DNA from: an uncultured Gammaproteobacteria bacterium | GTDB taxonomy: Bacteria > Pseudomonadota > Gammaproteobacteria > Steroidobacterales > Steroidobacteraceae | Assembly (NCBI GenBank): GCA_963710595.1 | Contig: CAVQAZ010000007.1 | Location: 36,926-100,925 of the forward strand | DNA length: 64,000 nucleotides | Reading direction: 5' to 3' | Part shown: one piece after another, positions 1 through 8,946 of the stretch | How positions within the stretch are numbered: position 1 is the stretch's first letter | How the letters are laid out: each line of letters starts with the position of its first letter | Notes under the pieces: generated by a model | Told to the model about the DNA's origin: nothing | Seen by the model: the letters and a program-made list of their open reading frames with translations, nothing else | Databases searched by the model: none | Program-made: the position numbers and the translations under genes

Positions 1-3000
1 TTGCCCTCCTCAGTGGCCGACGCAGACATCAACGGCACACCCGACACCGCGGGTTGCTCGATCCAGTACCGCTCGCGTGCAAACGGATAGGTCGGCAGGT
101 TGATGCGGCTGAACGCATGCCCAACAAACAAGCCTTCGAAGTCGAGGCGCCAACCTTCAACAAACAGCGCGGCAATCGTTGCCAGATTTTCCAGATACAC
201 CGCCGAATCCGTCAGCTGCGCACACTCCTTGATGCATTGATTTCCCAAGCGCTTGAACGTGGCGGGTTGCTGCCGCTGCGCGTCCGGCTTGGAAACATGG
301 ACCCGCGGCGCTTCACCTCGCACGAGCCATTGCTTCAGCGATTCAAGCAGGTGTTCGGTGCTGGCGGCGACACACGCCAATCGCTGGTTGAAATGCTTTC
401 TGCCGAGCAACAGGGTGTAGCTGATATCGCCGCAATCGATCGGCCCGGCGCTTTCACAATGTGCCACCAGTTGCTCGACTTGCTCACGCAACTGTCCGGA
501 ACTGCGCGCCGACAGCACTACCAGATAACCAGGCTTATTCGCCGGCATCCGTCGTACGGGCGGTGCCTCCGCGATGACCAGATGCGCATTGGTACCGCTC
601 AGGCCGAAAGAACTGACCGCCGCCGCGCGGCCCGTGTCGGACTGCGGCCACTCGCGCAACGTCGTGTTGACGTAAAAGGGGCTGTTCGTGATGTCGATGC
701 GCGAATTCGTCGTTTCATAGTGCAGCGATGCTGGGATTCGCTGGTGCTGCAGCGACAGCAGTACTTTGATCACGCTGGCCACACCGGCGGCGGCGGCGGT
801 GTGCCCCAGATTGGTCTTGATCGAGCCCAGTGCGCAGAAACCTTTCTTCGCGGTGTCCCCACGAAACACCCGCGACAACGCCTCGAACTCGATAGGATCG
901 CCCAGCTTGGTGCCGGTGCCGTGCGCCTCCATCATCTGAATTTCTTCGGCATGGATGCCGAACGTCGTGTAGATCTGCCGCTGCAATTCCTCCTGGGCAG
1001 CGGCGCTCGGCGCGGTAATGCCGTTGGTGGCACCGTCCTGGTTGATGCCCGAGCCGCGAATCACGCCATAGATATGATCGCTGTCGGCCAACGCATCGGT
1101 CAGCCGCCTGAGAACCAGCACCCCGACGCCTTCCCCCGGCACGAAGCCGTCGGCGCGATCGTCGAACGCGTAACAGCGCCCGCTCGGTGACAGCATGCCG
1201 GCTTGATTGCACATCTGATAGAAATCCGGCGTGCATTGAAGAAACACGCCACCGGCGAGCGCCATGTCCGTCTCGCGGGTGCGCAAGCTCTGACATGCCA
1301 GATGGATGGCTACCAGCGAGCTCGAGCAAGCCGTGTCCACGGCAACCGCCGGGCCGCGCAAATCCAGGTAGTAAGCGATGCGCGCGGGAATGAATGCAGC
1401 GGAAGTCCCCCACAACGCGTTCGCTGGACGCTCGTTGGACAGGAGCTGCGAATAGTCCCAGCTGCCGGTGTTGTGCCCCACATAGATGCCGCAGCGTCGT
1501 CCCTCGCTCGCGGCGCCGGCGCGCCCCGCATCCTCCAGCGCCTTCCAGGCTTCCTGAAGAAACAAACGCTGCTGTGGGTCCATGTATGTGGCTTCGGCGC
1601 CGGAGATCCCAAAGAAGCGCGGGTCGAAGCAATCGATGTCCCGCAAGAAGCCACCCACCCGGCAGTATCCTTTGGACCTGTCGCTGGCACGCGGCAAGCA
1701 CTCCGATGGTTCCCAGCGCGACGCTTCTTCGGTGAGGTCCGTAGCGGTGGCCAGGCAATGCCACAGCTCCTGAACCGTGCTGGCGCTGCCGAACTGGCCG
1801 CTCATGCCGACGATTGCGATGGCGTCTTGCGCCGTCGAGTCGCTGTTGCTGAGTTCCTGCATGGTGCGTGACGCGACATTCTCGATCGCATCTGCGCGCC
1901 GTGCCAACGGCTGCTCGATGTGAGCTGCCGCAAAGCGCTCACAGACATGCCGGGCGAGTTTTCGTATGCAGCCATGATCGAAAAGACTCGTGGTCGTGAG
2001 CTCGATCGCCAGCGCCCGGTTGATTAATGCAACCACGCGAATCCCACGCAGCGAGTCCAACCCGAAGTCCGCGAACGGCTGATCCGCATCCAAGGACGTC
2101 TCCGGAAGGTTCATCACTTCGGCGAACTTCGCGGTCAGCACAGCCGCCACTCGTTCCTCCGTGCGCTCGCGATCAACCTCTGAACGCGCTTCGGTTCGCT
2201 CATCCTGCAGCCCGCCGTCGCCGCTCTCGCCGCTGGTGTCAGCCGTGGCACCCTTGCCGGCCAGCTCGCGCATCGTTTTCTCCCGTATTACATACTTCTG
2301 GATCTTCCCGTTGACCGTCATGGGAAACTCATCCACGAAGCGGATACGGCGTGGAATCTTTGCGTCGGCGATCCGGCCGCGGCAGAAATGAATGATTTCC
2401 TCGGCGGTGGCCCGCTGCGACTGTCGCAACTTGATCCATGCGCAGACATCTTCGCCATACAACGGATCGTCGACGCCGAACACGGCGACCTGCTCGATCT
2501 TGGGATGCTCGAACAGGAACTCCTCCACTTCGCGCGGATAGATGTTTTCTCCACCGCGAATGATCATGTCGTTGAGCCGTCCCACGACCCGCACGTAGCC
2601 CGCCTCATCCATCACGCCCACATCGTTGGTATGCATCCAGCCGCCGCGATCGATCGCGGCAGCCGTCGCCTGCGGATCGTCCCAATACCCGGCCATCACC
2701 GAATAGCCGCGCACCAGGATTTCGCCTTGCTCGCCCAGCGGTACAGTGCGGCCCTCGGCATCCACCAGCTTGGCTTCCAGATGCGGCCCCACGCGGCCGA
2801 CCGTGCTGACTCGCTGCTCCAACGTGTCGGCCGGGCAGGTCTGAAAGCTGATCGGGGAGGTCTCGGTCATGCCGAAGGCGATGGTGATGTCTCGCAGATG
2901 CATCTGCGTCGTGAGTCGCTTCATCAGTTCCGTCGGGCACGGCGCGCCGCCGATATAGCCGGTGCGCAGCGATGTCAGATCCCGGCGTGGAAAATCTGGA

Positions 3001-3926
3001 TCTTCCAGCATGCCGATGAACATGGAAGGTACGCCGCCGATCGCCGTGCAGCGCTCCTGCTCGACAGTCTGTATCGCCAGCTTCGCATCGTAGCTTTCGC
3101 TGGGATAAATCATCGTCGCGCCATGAGTGACGCAGTCCAGGTTCCCGAGCACCATCGCCCCGCAGTGGTAGAGCGGCAAGAGAATGCAGAATCTGTCCTG
3201 AGGCGTAATGCCCATCGCCTCGCCGACGAAGAACGCATTGTTGATCAGCCCACGATGCGTCAGTGTCGCGCCCTTCGGACGACCTGTGGTTCCCGAGGTG
3301 AACAGGATGCTGATCGGGTCCTCGCACTGCAGCCCGCTGCTCAGGTTGTGCAGAGCCGCCAGTTCCGCGGCCGTGGCGGGCACCAGCAGTTCATCGAAGT
3401 TGAGCATGCCGGATGACTTTTCCAGGCCCAAACGGACCACGATCTGCAGCTGCGGCAAAAGATCCGCACCGCGTTGGTCGGACGCCGTCGTGAAGCGCTC
3501 AGGCGCGAGGGTTTGGAGCGTCGCGATGTGGTCGCAATGCCGGAAACCCGGAGAGAGAATGAGCGCCTTGCAGGCGGCCTTGCCCAGCGCGTGCCGCACT
3601 TCCTCGGCGCCGCCCGCTGGATTGATCGTCACCAGCACCAGGCCGACCTTGGCGGTGGCGAACTGCGTCACGACCCATTCAGCGCAGTTCTGCGCCCAGA
3701 TGCCGATGCGCTCGCCCGGTTTCAGTCCCAGCCGCATCAATGCGACCGCGAGTGTGTCCACCCGCTCGGCCAGTTCCCGATAGGTCCAGCGAATGTTCTG
3801 ATGCCGCGCCAGCAGTGCTTCGTTGTCTGGATGAGACTGCGCGATCCGATCGAACATCGCTCCGATGGTATCGATGCACAGCGGCGTGCTGGAAACACCG
3901 TGCTGATAACTCAATCTGGTTCGCAT
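1..3926 (-). CDS. trans-AT type I PKS, N-terminal part: acyl-CoA-ligase-like loading domain - ACP - KS - flanking subdomain; continues past the left window edge
   Basis: Hand-translated; absent from the ORF track because it has no stop in the window. ATG at 3926 (MRTRLSYQHG) with AAGGA upstream. Motifs checked share one frame: FTSGTTGRPKG (~3290), GLDS ACP motif (~2055), KS DTACSSS (Cys codon 1326-1328), and LPTYPFARERYWI near the edge. EAHGTGT and NLGH are also present. No AT domain follows the KS. Confidence 0.92.
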   Translation of the reverse strand, partial: MRTRLSYQHGVSSTPLCIDTIGAMFDRIAQSHPDNEALLARHQNIRWTYRELAERVDTLAVALMRLGLKPGERIGIWAQNCAEWVVTQFATAKVGLVLVTINPAGGAEEVRHALGKAACKALILSPGFRHCDHIATLQTLAPERFTTASDQRGADLLPQLQIVVRLGLEKSSGMLNFDELLVPATAAELAALHNLSSGLQCEDPISILFTSGTTGRPKGATLTHRGLINNAFFVGEAMGITPQDRFCILLPLYHCGAMVLGNLDCVTHGATMIYPSESYDAKLAIQTVEQERCTAIGGVPSMFIGMLEDPDFPRRDLTSLRTGYIGGAPCPTELMKRLTTQMHLRDITIAFGMTETSPISFQTCPADTLEQRVSTVGRVGPHLEAKLVDAEGRTVPLGEQGEILVRGYSVMAGYWDDPQATAAAIDRGGWMHTNDVGVMDEAGYVRVVGRLNDMIIRGGENIYPREVEEFLFEHPKIEQVAVFGVDDPLYGEDVCAWIKLRQSQRATAEEIIHFCRGRIADAKIPRRIRFVDEFPMTVNGKIQKYVIREKTMRELAGKGATADTSGESGDGGLQDERTEARSEVDRERTEERVAAVLTAKFAEVMNLPETSLDADQPFADFGLDSLRGIRVVALINRALAIELTTTSLFDHGCIRKLARHVCERFAAAHIEQPLARRADAIENVASRTMQELSNSDSTAQDAIAIVGMSGQFGSASTVQELWHCLATATDLTEEASRWEPSECLPRASDRSKGYCRVGGFLRDIDCFDPRFFGISGAEATYMDPQQRLFLQEAWKALEDAGRAGAASEGRRCGIYVGHNTGSWDYSQLLSNERPANALWGTSAAFIPARIAYYLDLRGPAVAVDTACSSSLVAIHLACQSLRTRETDMALAGGVFLQCTPDFYQMCNQAGMLSPSGRCYAFDDRADGFVPGEGVGVLVLRRLTDALADSDHIYGVIRGSGINQDGATNGITAPSAAAQEELQRQIYTTFGIHAEEIQMMEAHGTGTKLGDPIEFEALSRVFRGDTAKKGFCALGSIKTNLGHTAAAAGVASVIKVLLSLQHQRIPASLHYETTNSRIDITNSPFYVNTTLREWPQSDTGRAAAVSSFGLSGTNAHLVIAEAPPVRRMPANKPGYLVVLSARSSGQLREQVEQLVAHCESAGPIDCGDISYTLLLGRKHFNQRLACVAASTEHLLESLKQWLVRGEAPRVHVSKPDAQRQQPATFKRLGNQCIKECAQLTDSAVYLENLATIAALFVEGWRLDFEGLFVGHAFSRINLPTYPFARERYWIEQPAVSGVPLMSASATEEG

Positions 3927-3952
3927 GCAATGTCGTCCTTGATCACTGGGCA

Positions 3953-5230
3953 CTATGCTTGGCCGCCGTGGCTCGCAGGAGCGTGCTTGGGCTCGTCGTC
4001 CGGTACATACTCCGAACCGAATGCGTAGTAGCGCTGCCGCTGCTCGGGCGTGAGGCCCTCGAGCCGCTCCACCGTGTCCAGGAACCATCGTGTCCTGGGA
4101 TTTTCGGCGCGGTAGCCCTTTTTGAAATCCACGCCCGATACATAGGTGTTAGCTACGAAGCCAAACGGGCGCAGGCTGCCGAAGTGATGCGCTACATGCT
4201 GGTTGCATGTTTCCACGCTGGCGAGCCTGCTGAAGGGAAACACACCGGGAATGTATTGGTGGCCCATCATGTCGCTGATGCAGCCGCCGAACCAATAGAA
4301 CTGCGCGACCAGCACGCTGTCGAGAAAATCCAGCCAGGTGATGACTCGATCGGCGCTTTCCAGAAAACCGGTGCCGCCCGCCGCTCCGATCATGGCCGAC
4401 GGAATGGCATCGTGGTGATGTCCGTGGAACACGGTGAAGAAAAATCGCGAGCTGTGGTCCTTCTCGTGGTTCTCCTCGAACAGACGAAAGTGAGCGAACC
4501 GTCGCCATGGCGTGCCGTCGCCGCCGCGCTCGCGGGAGACATAGCTGCCGGTCAGCGCGGCCACGACACACCAGAGCACATAGCCGCCGAGCAGGAGGAC
4601 TTCGCGGAGGACCGAAGGGTTGGTCAATTTATAGAAGATCACGCAGGGCGCGAGCATGCACAGATGCGCGATCAGACCGGTGATGAACGCATGAACGATG
4701 TGCGTCCGGATCGACACACCGGCGAAGTTCTGCCGGATCGGCGAATCCTCGAGCACCTCGCGCACCCGATCCGCCCGCAACAGGTGTGCAATCAACACGC
4801 TGATGCGGAATGCAGTGATGAGGGCAAAGGGAATCCAGACGATCCACCACCACGGCAACGGCGCCAGCCAAGAGGTTCCGCTCAGCGTGGGACGTAGCGC
4901 CGCCTCCACCACCAGCGCAAGCGCGAATATGCTGACCGCCTGAAAAACCCTCGCGCGGATCGACCACCAGCTGCGAACGACCGCGGCGGGATAGCGCGCC
5001 ATGCCCACCAGAAAAACTCGGAGCGATTTCGGGTCGACGCTCCAGCCATGCTTCCTTGGAAACAGCCAGGCCAGATAGAGGAGCGCCGCGCACAACGTCG
5101 AATGGAACGCCGGATGGTCCAGGACCGGCCAGATCACCGCGCCGGTCAGCACCAGCGAGCAGAGATAGAGCAGAAAGTCTTCGCCTCGATAGCGCAGAAA
5201 GAACTTCTGGCGGGCATTGTGCGTGATCAT
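3953..5230 (-). CDS. Membrane diiron His-box enzyme, fatty acid hydroxylase/sterol desaturase-like (425 aa)
   Basis: C-terminal part of track ORF 3953..6124. The start is reset to MITHNARQ (ATG 5230, GGAGG upstream). Several hydrophobic helices and His boxes HEKDH, HGHHH and HVAHH. Confidence 0.7.
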   Translation of the reverse strand: MITHNARQKFFLRYRGEDFLLYLCSLVLTGAVIWPVLDHPAFHSTLCAALLYLAWLFPRKHGWSVDPKSLRVFLVGMARYPAAVVRSWWSIRARVFQAVSIFALALVVEAALRPTLSGTSWLAPLPWWWIVWIPFALITAFRISVLIAHLLRADRVREVLEDSPIRQNFAGVSIRTHIVHAFITGLIAHLCMLAPCVIFYKLTNPSVLREVLLLGGYVLWCVVAALTGSYVSRERGGDGTPWRRFAHFRLFEENHEKDHSSRFFFTVFHGHHHDAIPSAMIGAAGGTGFLESADRVITWLDFLDSVLVAQFYWFGGCISDMMGHQYIPGVFPFSRLASVETCNQHVAHHFGSLRPFGFVANTYVSGVDFKKGYRAENPRTRWFLDTVERLEGLTPEQRQRYYAFGSEYVPDDEPKHAPASHGGQA

Positions 5231-5256
5231 CTTTAGCCAACCTCCGTGCGACCTGG

Positions 5257-5366
5257 GGAAGCTCTGATTAATCGACTTCCCTGAGCTCAGCAAGTTTGCA
5301 ACTGATTGAAATGCTTCATCGATCGAAGTTGATATGCACGACGAATGGCAATTGATCAGAGATTCC
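5257..5366. mobile_element. 110-bp MITE-like inverted-repeat element, copy 1
   Basis: 105/110 nt identical to 13943-14052. Terminal inverted repeats GGAAGCTCTGATTAAT / ATTGATCAGAGATTCC (14/16). Flanks CTGG and CTAC are each one mismatch from CTAG. Confidence 0.6.
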
Positions 5367-5484
5367 CTACGACAGAAGCTGCTGCTGTATTCAGCCGGTC
5401 GTTGCGTAAACACGCTACTGGATAAATCCACTCGCCTGGCGTGCACGGCTGATGTCGCCGTCTCGGACATGCGCACGGTGCGCG

Positions 5485-6234
5485 CTATTTTCCGAACAAC
5501 GCCTTGATCCGATCCTTCACTTCCGGCTGATGAAAAGTCTGCGCGTGCATCGCCACTTCCAGCTCGGTGGCGCGCGGCAGATCCGCCCGCAGGCCGGCGA
5601 CCATGTGCGCCTTGAGCGTCACCAATGACTGTCGCGGCTTGTCCGCCAGATTCCTCGCGAGCTGATATGCGTACGGCAGTACCTCGCTCCGCGGCAGCAC
5701 CGGAAACGCAATTCCCCGCTCCGCCAGCTGCGCGCCCCGGTAGGTCTCGGCTGTCATCAACAGCTCCTGCGCCAGCGGCAACCCCAGCTTTTCCCGCAGC
5801 ACCAGCGTGGACCCGAAACCCGGCGTGAAGCCGTACTTCATGAAGTTCGTCGTGTAGACACTTTCTCGGCTGAAGATGATGAAGTCGGCAAACAAGCCGA
5901 ACACGAAGCCGCCGCCGATGCCATGACCCTGCATTGCCGCGATCACCGGCACCTCGCAGGCCAGCGGCAGGTTGTAAATGGGATAGTCGGTGAACTTTCC
6001 CTGACCATCGGACAACCCCAGCAACGCCTCCTGCGTGCCACCGGAGCAGAAATACGAGTCGTAGCCGGTGACGATCACGACTTTGCAGTGCTGGTCCCCG
6101 GCGATATTGGCAAAGGCATCCCACAGGCCCGCGCAGATCTCCGCAGAGAATGTGTTCTTGTGGACGCGATCTTCCAATGTGACCTGGACGATGGCCGGCT
6201 CGATTCGCTCGTGACGTACCGCCGGGGTGACCAT
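5485..6234 (-). CDS. pksI: Beta-branching enoyl-CoA hydratase-like decarboxylase ECH2 (PksI-like)
   Basis: Crotonase-fold motifs (EDRVHKNTFS, AMQGHGIGGG, FMKYGFTPGFG); last gene of the HMGS-ECH1-ECH2 run. Confidence 0.9.
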   Translation of the reverse strand: MVTPAVRHERIEPAIVQVTLEDRVHKNTFSAEICAGLWDAFANIAGDQHCKVVIVTGYDSYFCSGGTQEALLGLSDGQGKFTDYPIYNLPLACEVPVIAAMQGHGIGGGFVFGLFADFIIFSRESVYTTNFMKYGFTPGFGSTLVLREKLGLPLAQELLMTAETYRGAQLAERGIAFPVLPRSEVLPYAYQLARNLADKPRQSLVTLKAHMVAGLRADLPRATELEVAMHAQTFHQPEVKDRIKALFGK

Positions 6235-6235
6235 G

Positions 6236-7033
6236 CTAGGTGCGCTCCCAAGGAAACAGACCCGTCTCTACGTAGCGTGTGATGCTGGCGATGTTGGCAG
6301 GATCGCGGAACACTTCCTTGTTGGCCGCGATGGCCGCCGGCCGGTCGGCGACGACCGAGACGCCGAGCCCGTTCACGAGACGTTTGTAGCGCGCGATGGC
6401 CGTTCTGTTGAGCCGTCTCAGCCGGAGCAGATGCTTGCGCAACAGCGCTTCGCTGTTGGCGCCGCTCGCATCCACCAGTCCCCACTGCAGCGCCTGTGAT
6501 ACATCGATGGCATGCGTCATTGCCGTCAGGTAATGCGCCTTCTGAAAACCGACGCGGCGAATCAGGAACGGCAACACGCACGCCGGCACTAGTCCGAACA
6601 GCAGCTCCGAGAGACTGAACACCGCCGTCTCATCCGCGATCACAATGTCGCTCGCAGCGACGAAGCCCATCCCGCCCGCGTTCGTCTTGCCTCGCACATG
6701 CGAGACCACGAAGAACGGTGCCGTCGTCAGACGCAGCCACAAGTCATAAAGAGGTTCCGGTGATGGCTCAGACGCCGGCTGGCCGCCGCCGTTGTTGGCA
6801 ACCGCACGCATTTCCCCGAAATCGGCGCCGAAGCAGAACACGTCCGGCAGGCCCTCCAGCACCAGCACGGTGACGGGCTCATCACAACAACGCTCGATCA
6901 CGGCGGCGCACTCACTGATCAGCTGGCCGTTGATCGTGTTGTTCGCCTCGGGACGATGCAACTGCACGAAGCAGATGCTGTCCTGGAACCGCACCTGCAG
7001 CGTTTCGTAGGTCGTCTGTCGAACCGTGGCCAT
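6236..7033 (-). CDS. pksH: Beta-branching enoyl-CoA hydratase/dehydratase ECH1 (PksH-like)
   Basis: Start reset to ATG 7033 (MATVRQTTYETL), which overlaps the HMGS stop (TGATG). Motifs HRPEANNTIN, FCFGADF, LSELLFGLVPA. Confidence 0.9.
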   Translation of the reverse strand: MATVRQTTYETLQVRFQDSICFVQLHRPEANNTINGQLISECAAVIERCCDEPVTVLVLEGLPDVFCFGADFGEMRAVANNGGGQPASEPSPEPLYDLWLRLTTAPFFVVSHVRGKTNAGGMGFVAASDIVIADETAVFSLSELLFGLVPACVLPFLIRRVGFQKAHYLTAMTHAIDVSQALQWGLVDASGANSEALLRKHLLRLRRLNRTAIARYKRLVNGLGVSVVADRPAAIAANKEVFRDPANIASITRYVETGLFPWERT

Positions 7034-8295
7034 CACGACAACCACTCGTACTCGCGATGGAACTCTTTGATCTCGCGCAGTACCAGCCGCGGTCTGTTCT
7101 TGCCGGCGCGCGCGACCTCGCGACACACCTCGTCTTCCACCTTGACGTTGCGGGTGCCGAACCGCAGCTGGCTGTTGCTCATCAACAAGGAGTCGTATTG
7201 CTGCATCGACAAGGGATAGCGTTCATCGAGTTGCTGCCCGATCTTGCGCCGACGTAGCGCCAACTGCCCCTCCTGATGCGCCACGCCGCTATAAAACTCC
7301 GAGCAGCAGCCCGAGCCGTAGGAGAAACATCCGATGCGGTTGGCGGATTGAAAGTTGCCGTTGTCGATGGTGCTCGCCAGCGACAGCAATGAGGTCGCCC
7401 CCATGATGTTGCCCACCCTGCGGCAATAGGTGAGTCCCGGCACCACGCGCTGGTGAAAATCCGCTTCGATCTCCGCGGGCTTCGCCGCCGTCCACTTGCG
7501 CATCATCGAGCGGTGAGCGCCCTTGATCATGCCGCCGAACGGAGTGTGAAACGCCAGGTACTGAAATGACGTGGCGTAGTCGACGTCACTGACTCTCTTG
7601 CTGTATTCCTGGAACGCATTCTCACAACAGTCGAGGTACGACAGCAGCGACAAATCCGCATCGCCCGCCTCCATGTCCGGCGCCGGACGGCAGGTGTCCA
7701 TCACCTCGTAGCCGTAGTAGCCATTTGCACCGACATCCATTTCGAACACCAGCGGCCGACTGCTAACGAGCACCGCGACAGCGCCGGCGCCCGCACTGGG
7801 CTCCGCGAATGACCAGTCTTGCGTCAACGCGTCGCCGCCCTCGGCGACCATGAAGCGCGAAATATCCGTCGCGACCACCAATGCCTTGGCACCGGGAGAG
7901 ACTTGCGACAGGATGAAGTTCACCGCCATCTGCAAACCCGCAGTTCCGGAGTAGCAGGCTTGTTTTATTTCGAACAGGCGGCAATTGCGATTCAGTTGCA
8001 AGTGGCGGTGCAGGTAAGTGCTGATGGACTTGCCGAAGTCGATGCCGGACTCCGAGCACGCAATGAGCAGCTCGATCCGATCTTTGTCGGCCGGCGGCAG
8101 CGCATCGAGGATGGGCTTCGCGGCATTGACGCCGAAGGTGATCGGGTCCTCATCGGGCAGGGCCACCGTCTTCTCATCCATCAACAGGTTATTGAACCGA
8201 ATCGTGTCCAGTCCGCGATGCTCAGCCAGCTGCCTGACGTTCAAGCAGGCCACGCCGCCGAACACATTCATTGCCTCGATGCCCACGAGTGCCAT
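7033..8295 (-). CDS. pksG: HMG-CoA synthase-like beta-branching enzyme (PksG-like)
   Basis: EIKQACYSGT (catalytic Cys), FHTPFGGM, FSYGSGCCSEFYSG. Confidence 0.93.
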   Translation of the reverse strand: MALVGIEAMNVFGGVACLNVRQLAEHRGLDTIRFNNLLMDEKTVALPDEDPITFGVNAAKPILDALPPADKDRIELLIACSESGIDFGKSISTYLHRHLQLNRNCRLFEIKQACYSGTAGLQMAVNFILSQVSPGAKALVVATDISRFMVAEGGDALTQDWSFAEPSAGAGAVAVLVSSRPLVFEMDVGANGYYGYEVMDTCRPAPDMEAGDADLSLLSYLDCCENAFQEYSKRVSDVDYATSFQYLAFHTPFGGMIKGAHRSMMRKWTAAKPAEIEADFHQRVVPGLTYCRRVGNIMGATSLLSLASTIDNGNFQSANRIGCFSYGSGCCSEFYSGVAHQEGQLALRRRKIGQQLDERYPLSMQQYDSLLMSNSQLRFGTRNVKVEDEVCREVARAGKNRPRLVLREIKEFHREYEWLS

Positions 8296-8661
8296 GCAAA
8301 CGTACTCCAGGTTAGCTGCCGCGTTGCCGACGCAACGTGATGTTCATTGCACTGAATCCCGTGTTGCACGTCAATGCATGCCGGAGCAACGATGCGGCAG
8401 CGCCCGGGCTTACTCAGCGCGAGTCGGCGCCAGGCGCTCTGCTGAATGTTTATTTGCCGACGACACTACAGAGTTTCCAGTGCGGCACGCGCCCATCGGC
8501 CACCGCGAGCAGGAGCACGCAGGCCAGCGGCGTGCTCACCCAAGCCGAATGCATTTTTTGGCGGCCGGAGGCGGGGCCGCGCCGAGCGGCGCGACCGGAC
8601 AGGGCGTCAGACAAACCCGGCGTTACTCGGGATCGTCATGCGGATGCCGGTGATCCCCGTT

Positions 8662-8910
8662 TCACGAGCCGCGCAGTCTTTCGTGCAGCAGATCGGTCAA
8701 TTCGCCGAGATTGCGGGCGCCGAACAGCTCGACGCGGGGAATACGCAGCGCCAGCGACTCCAGCGTCATCGTGACGATCTCCGCACGATCGACTGAATTG
8801 GCACCGAGTGCGGCCAGTTGATCGGAAGGTTTGAAAGAATGGTCCTGCAGCTGTGGCAGCACTTCGCGCGCGTGACCCACGATGACGGCGAATAATGCTT
8901 CTTTGTTCAT
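8662..8910 (-). CDS. acpK: Donor acyl carrier protein for beta-branching (AcpK-like), copy 1
   Basis: 82 aa from MNKEALF; LGANSVDRAEI motif. Confidence 0.88.
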   Translation of the reverse strand: MNKEALFAVIVGHAREVLPQLQDHSFKPSDQLAALGANSVDRAEIVTMTLESLALRIPRVELFGARNLGELTDLLHERLRGS

Positions 8911-8946
8911 GATGCTTCGGCTCCTTGCTGATGCCATGGAATCTCA

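Noticed and set aside
54-3416. Long track ORFs over the PKS (54..1190 +, 715..1764 -, 1203..1871 +, 2388..3416 +)
   Set aside because: Antisense or off-frame shadows of the real minus-strand PKS frame; no recognisable motifs.
5257-5366. 110-bp element as a derivative of the IS1380 element in this window
   Set aside because: Same CTAG target but unrelated terminal repeats (GGAAGCTCTG vs CCTGGATAAT).
3953-6124. 723-aa ORF as a single gene
   Set aside because: Its first ~300 codons overlap ECH2 in another frame and run through the 110-bp element; a good RBS and ATG exist at 5230.
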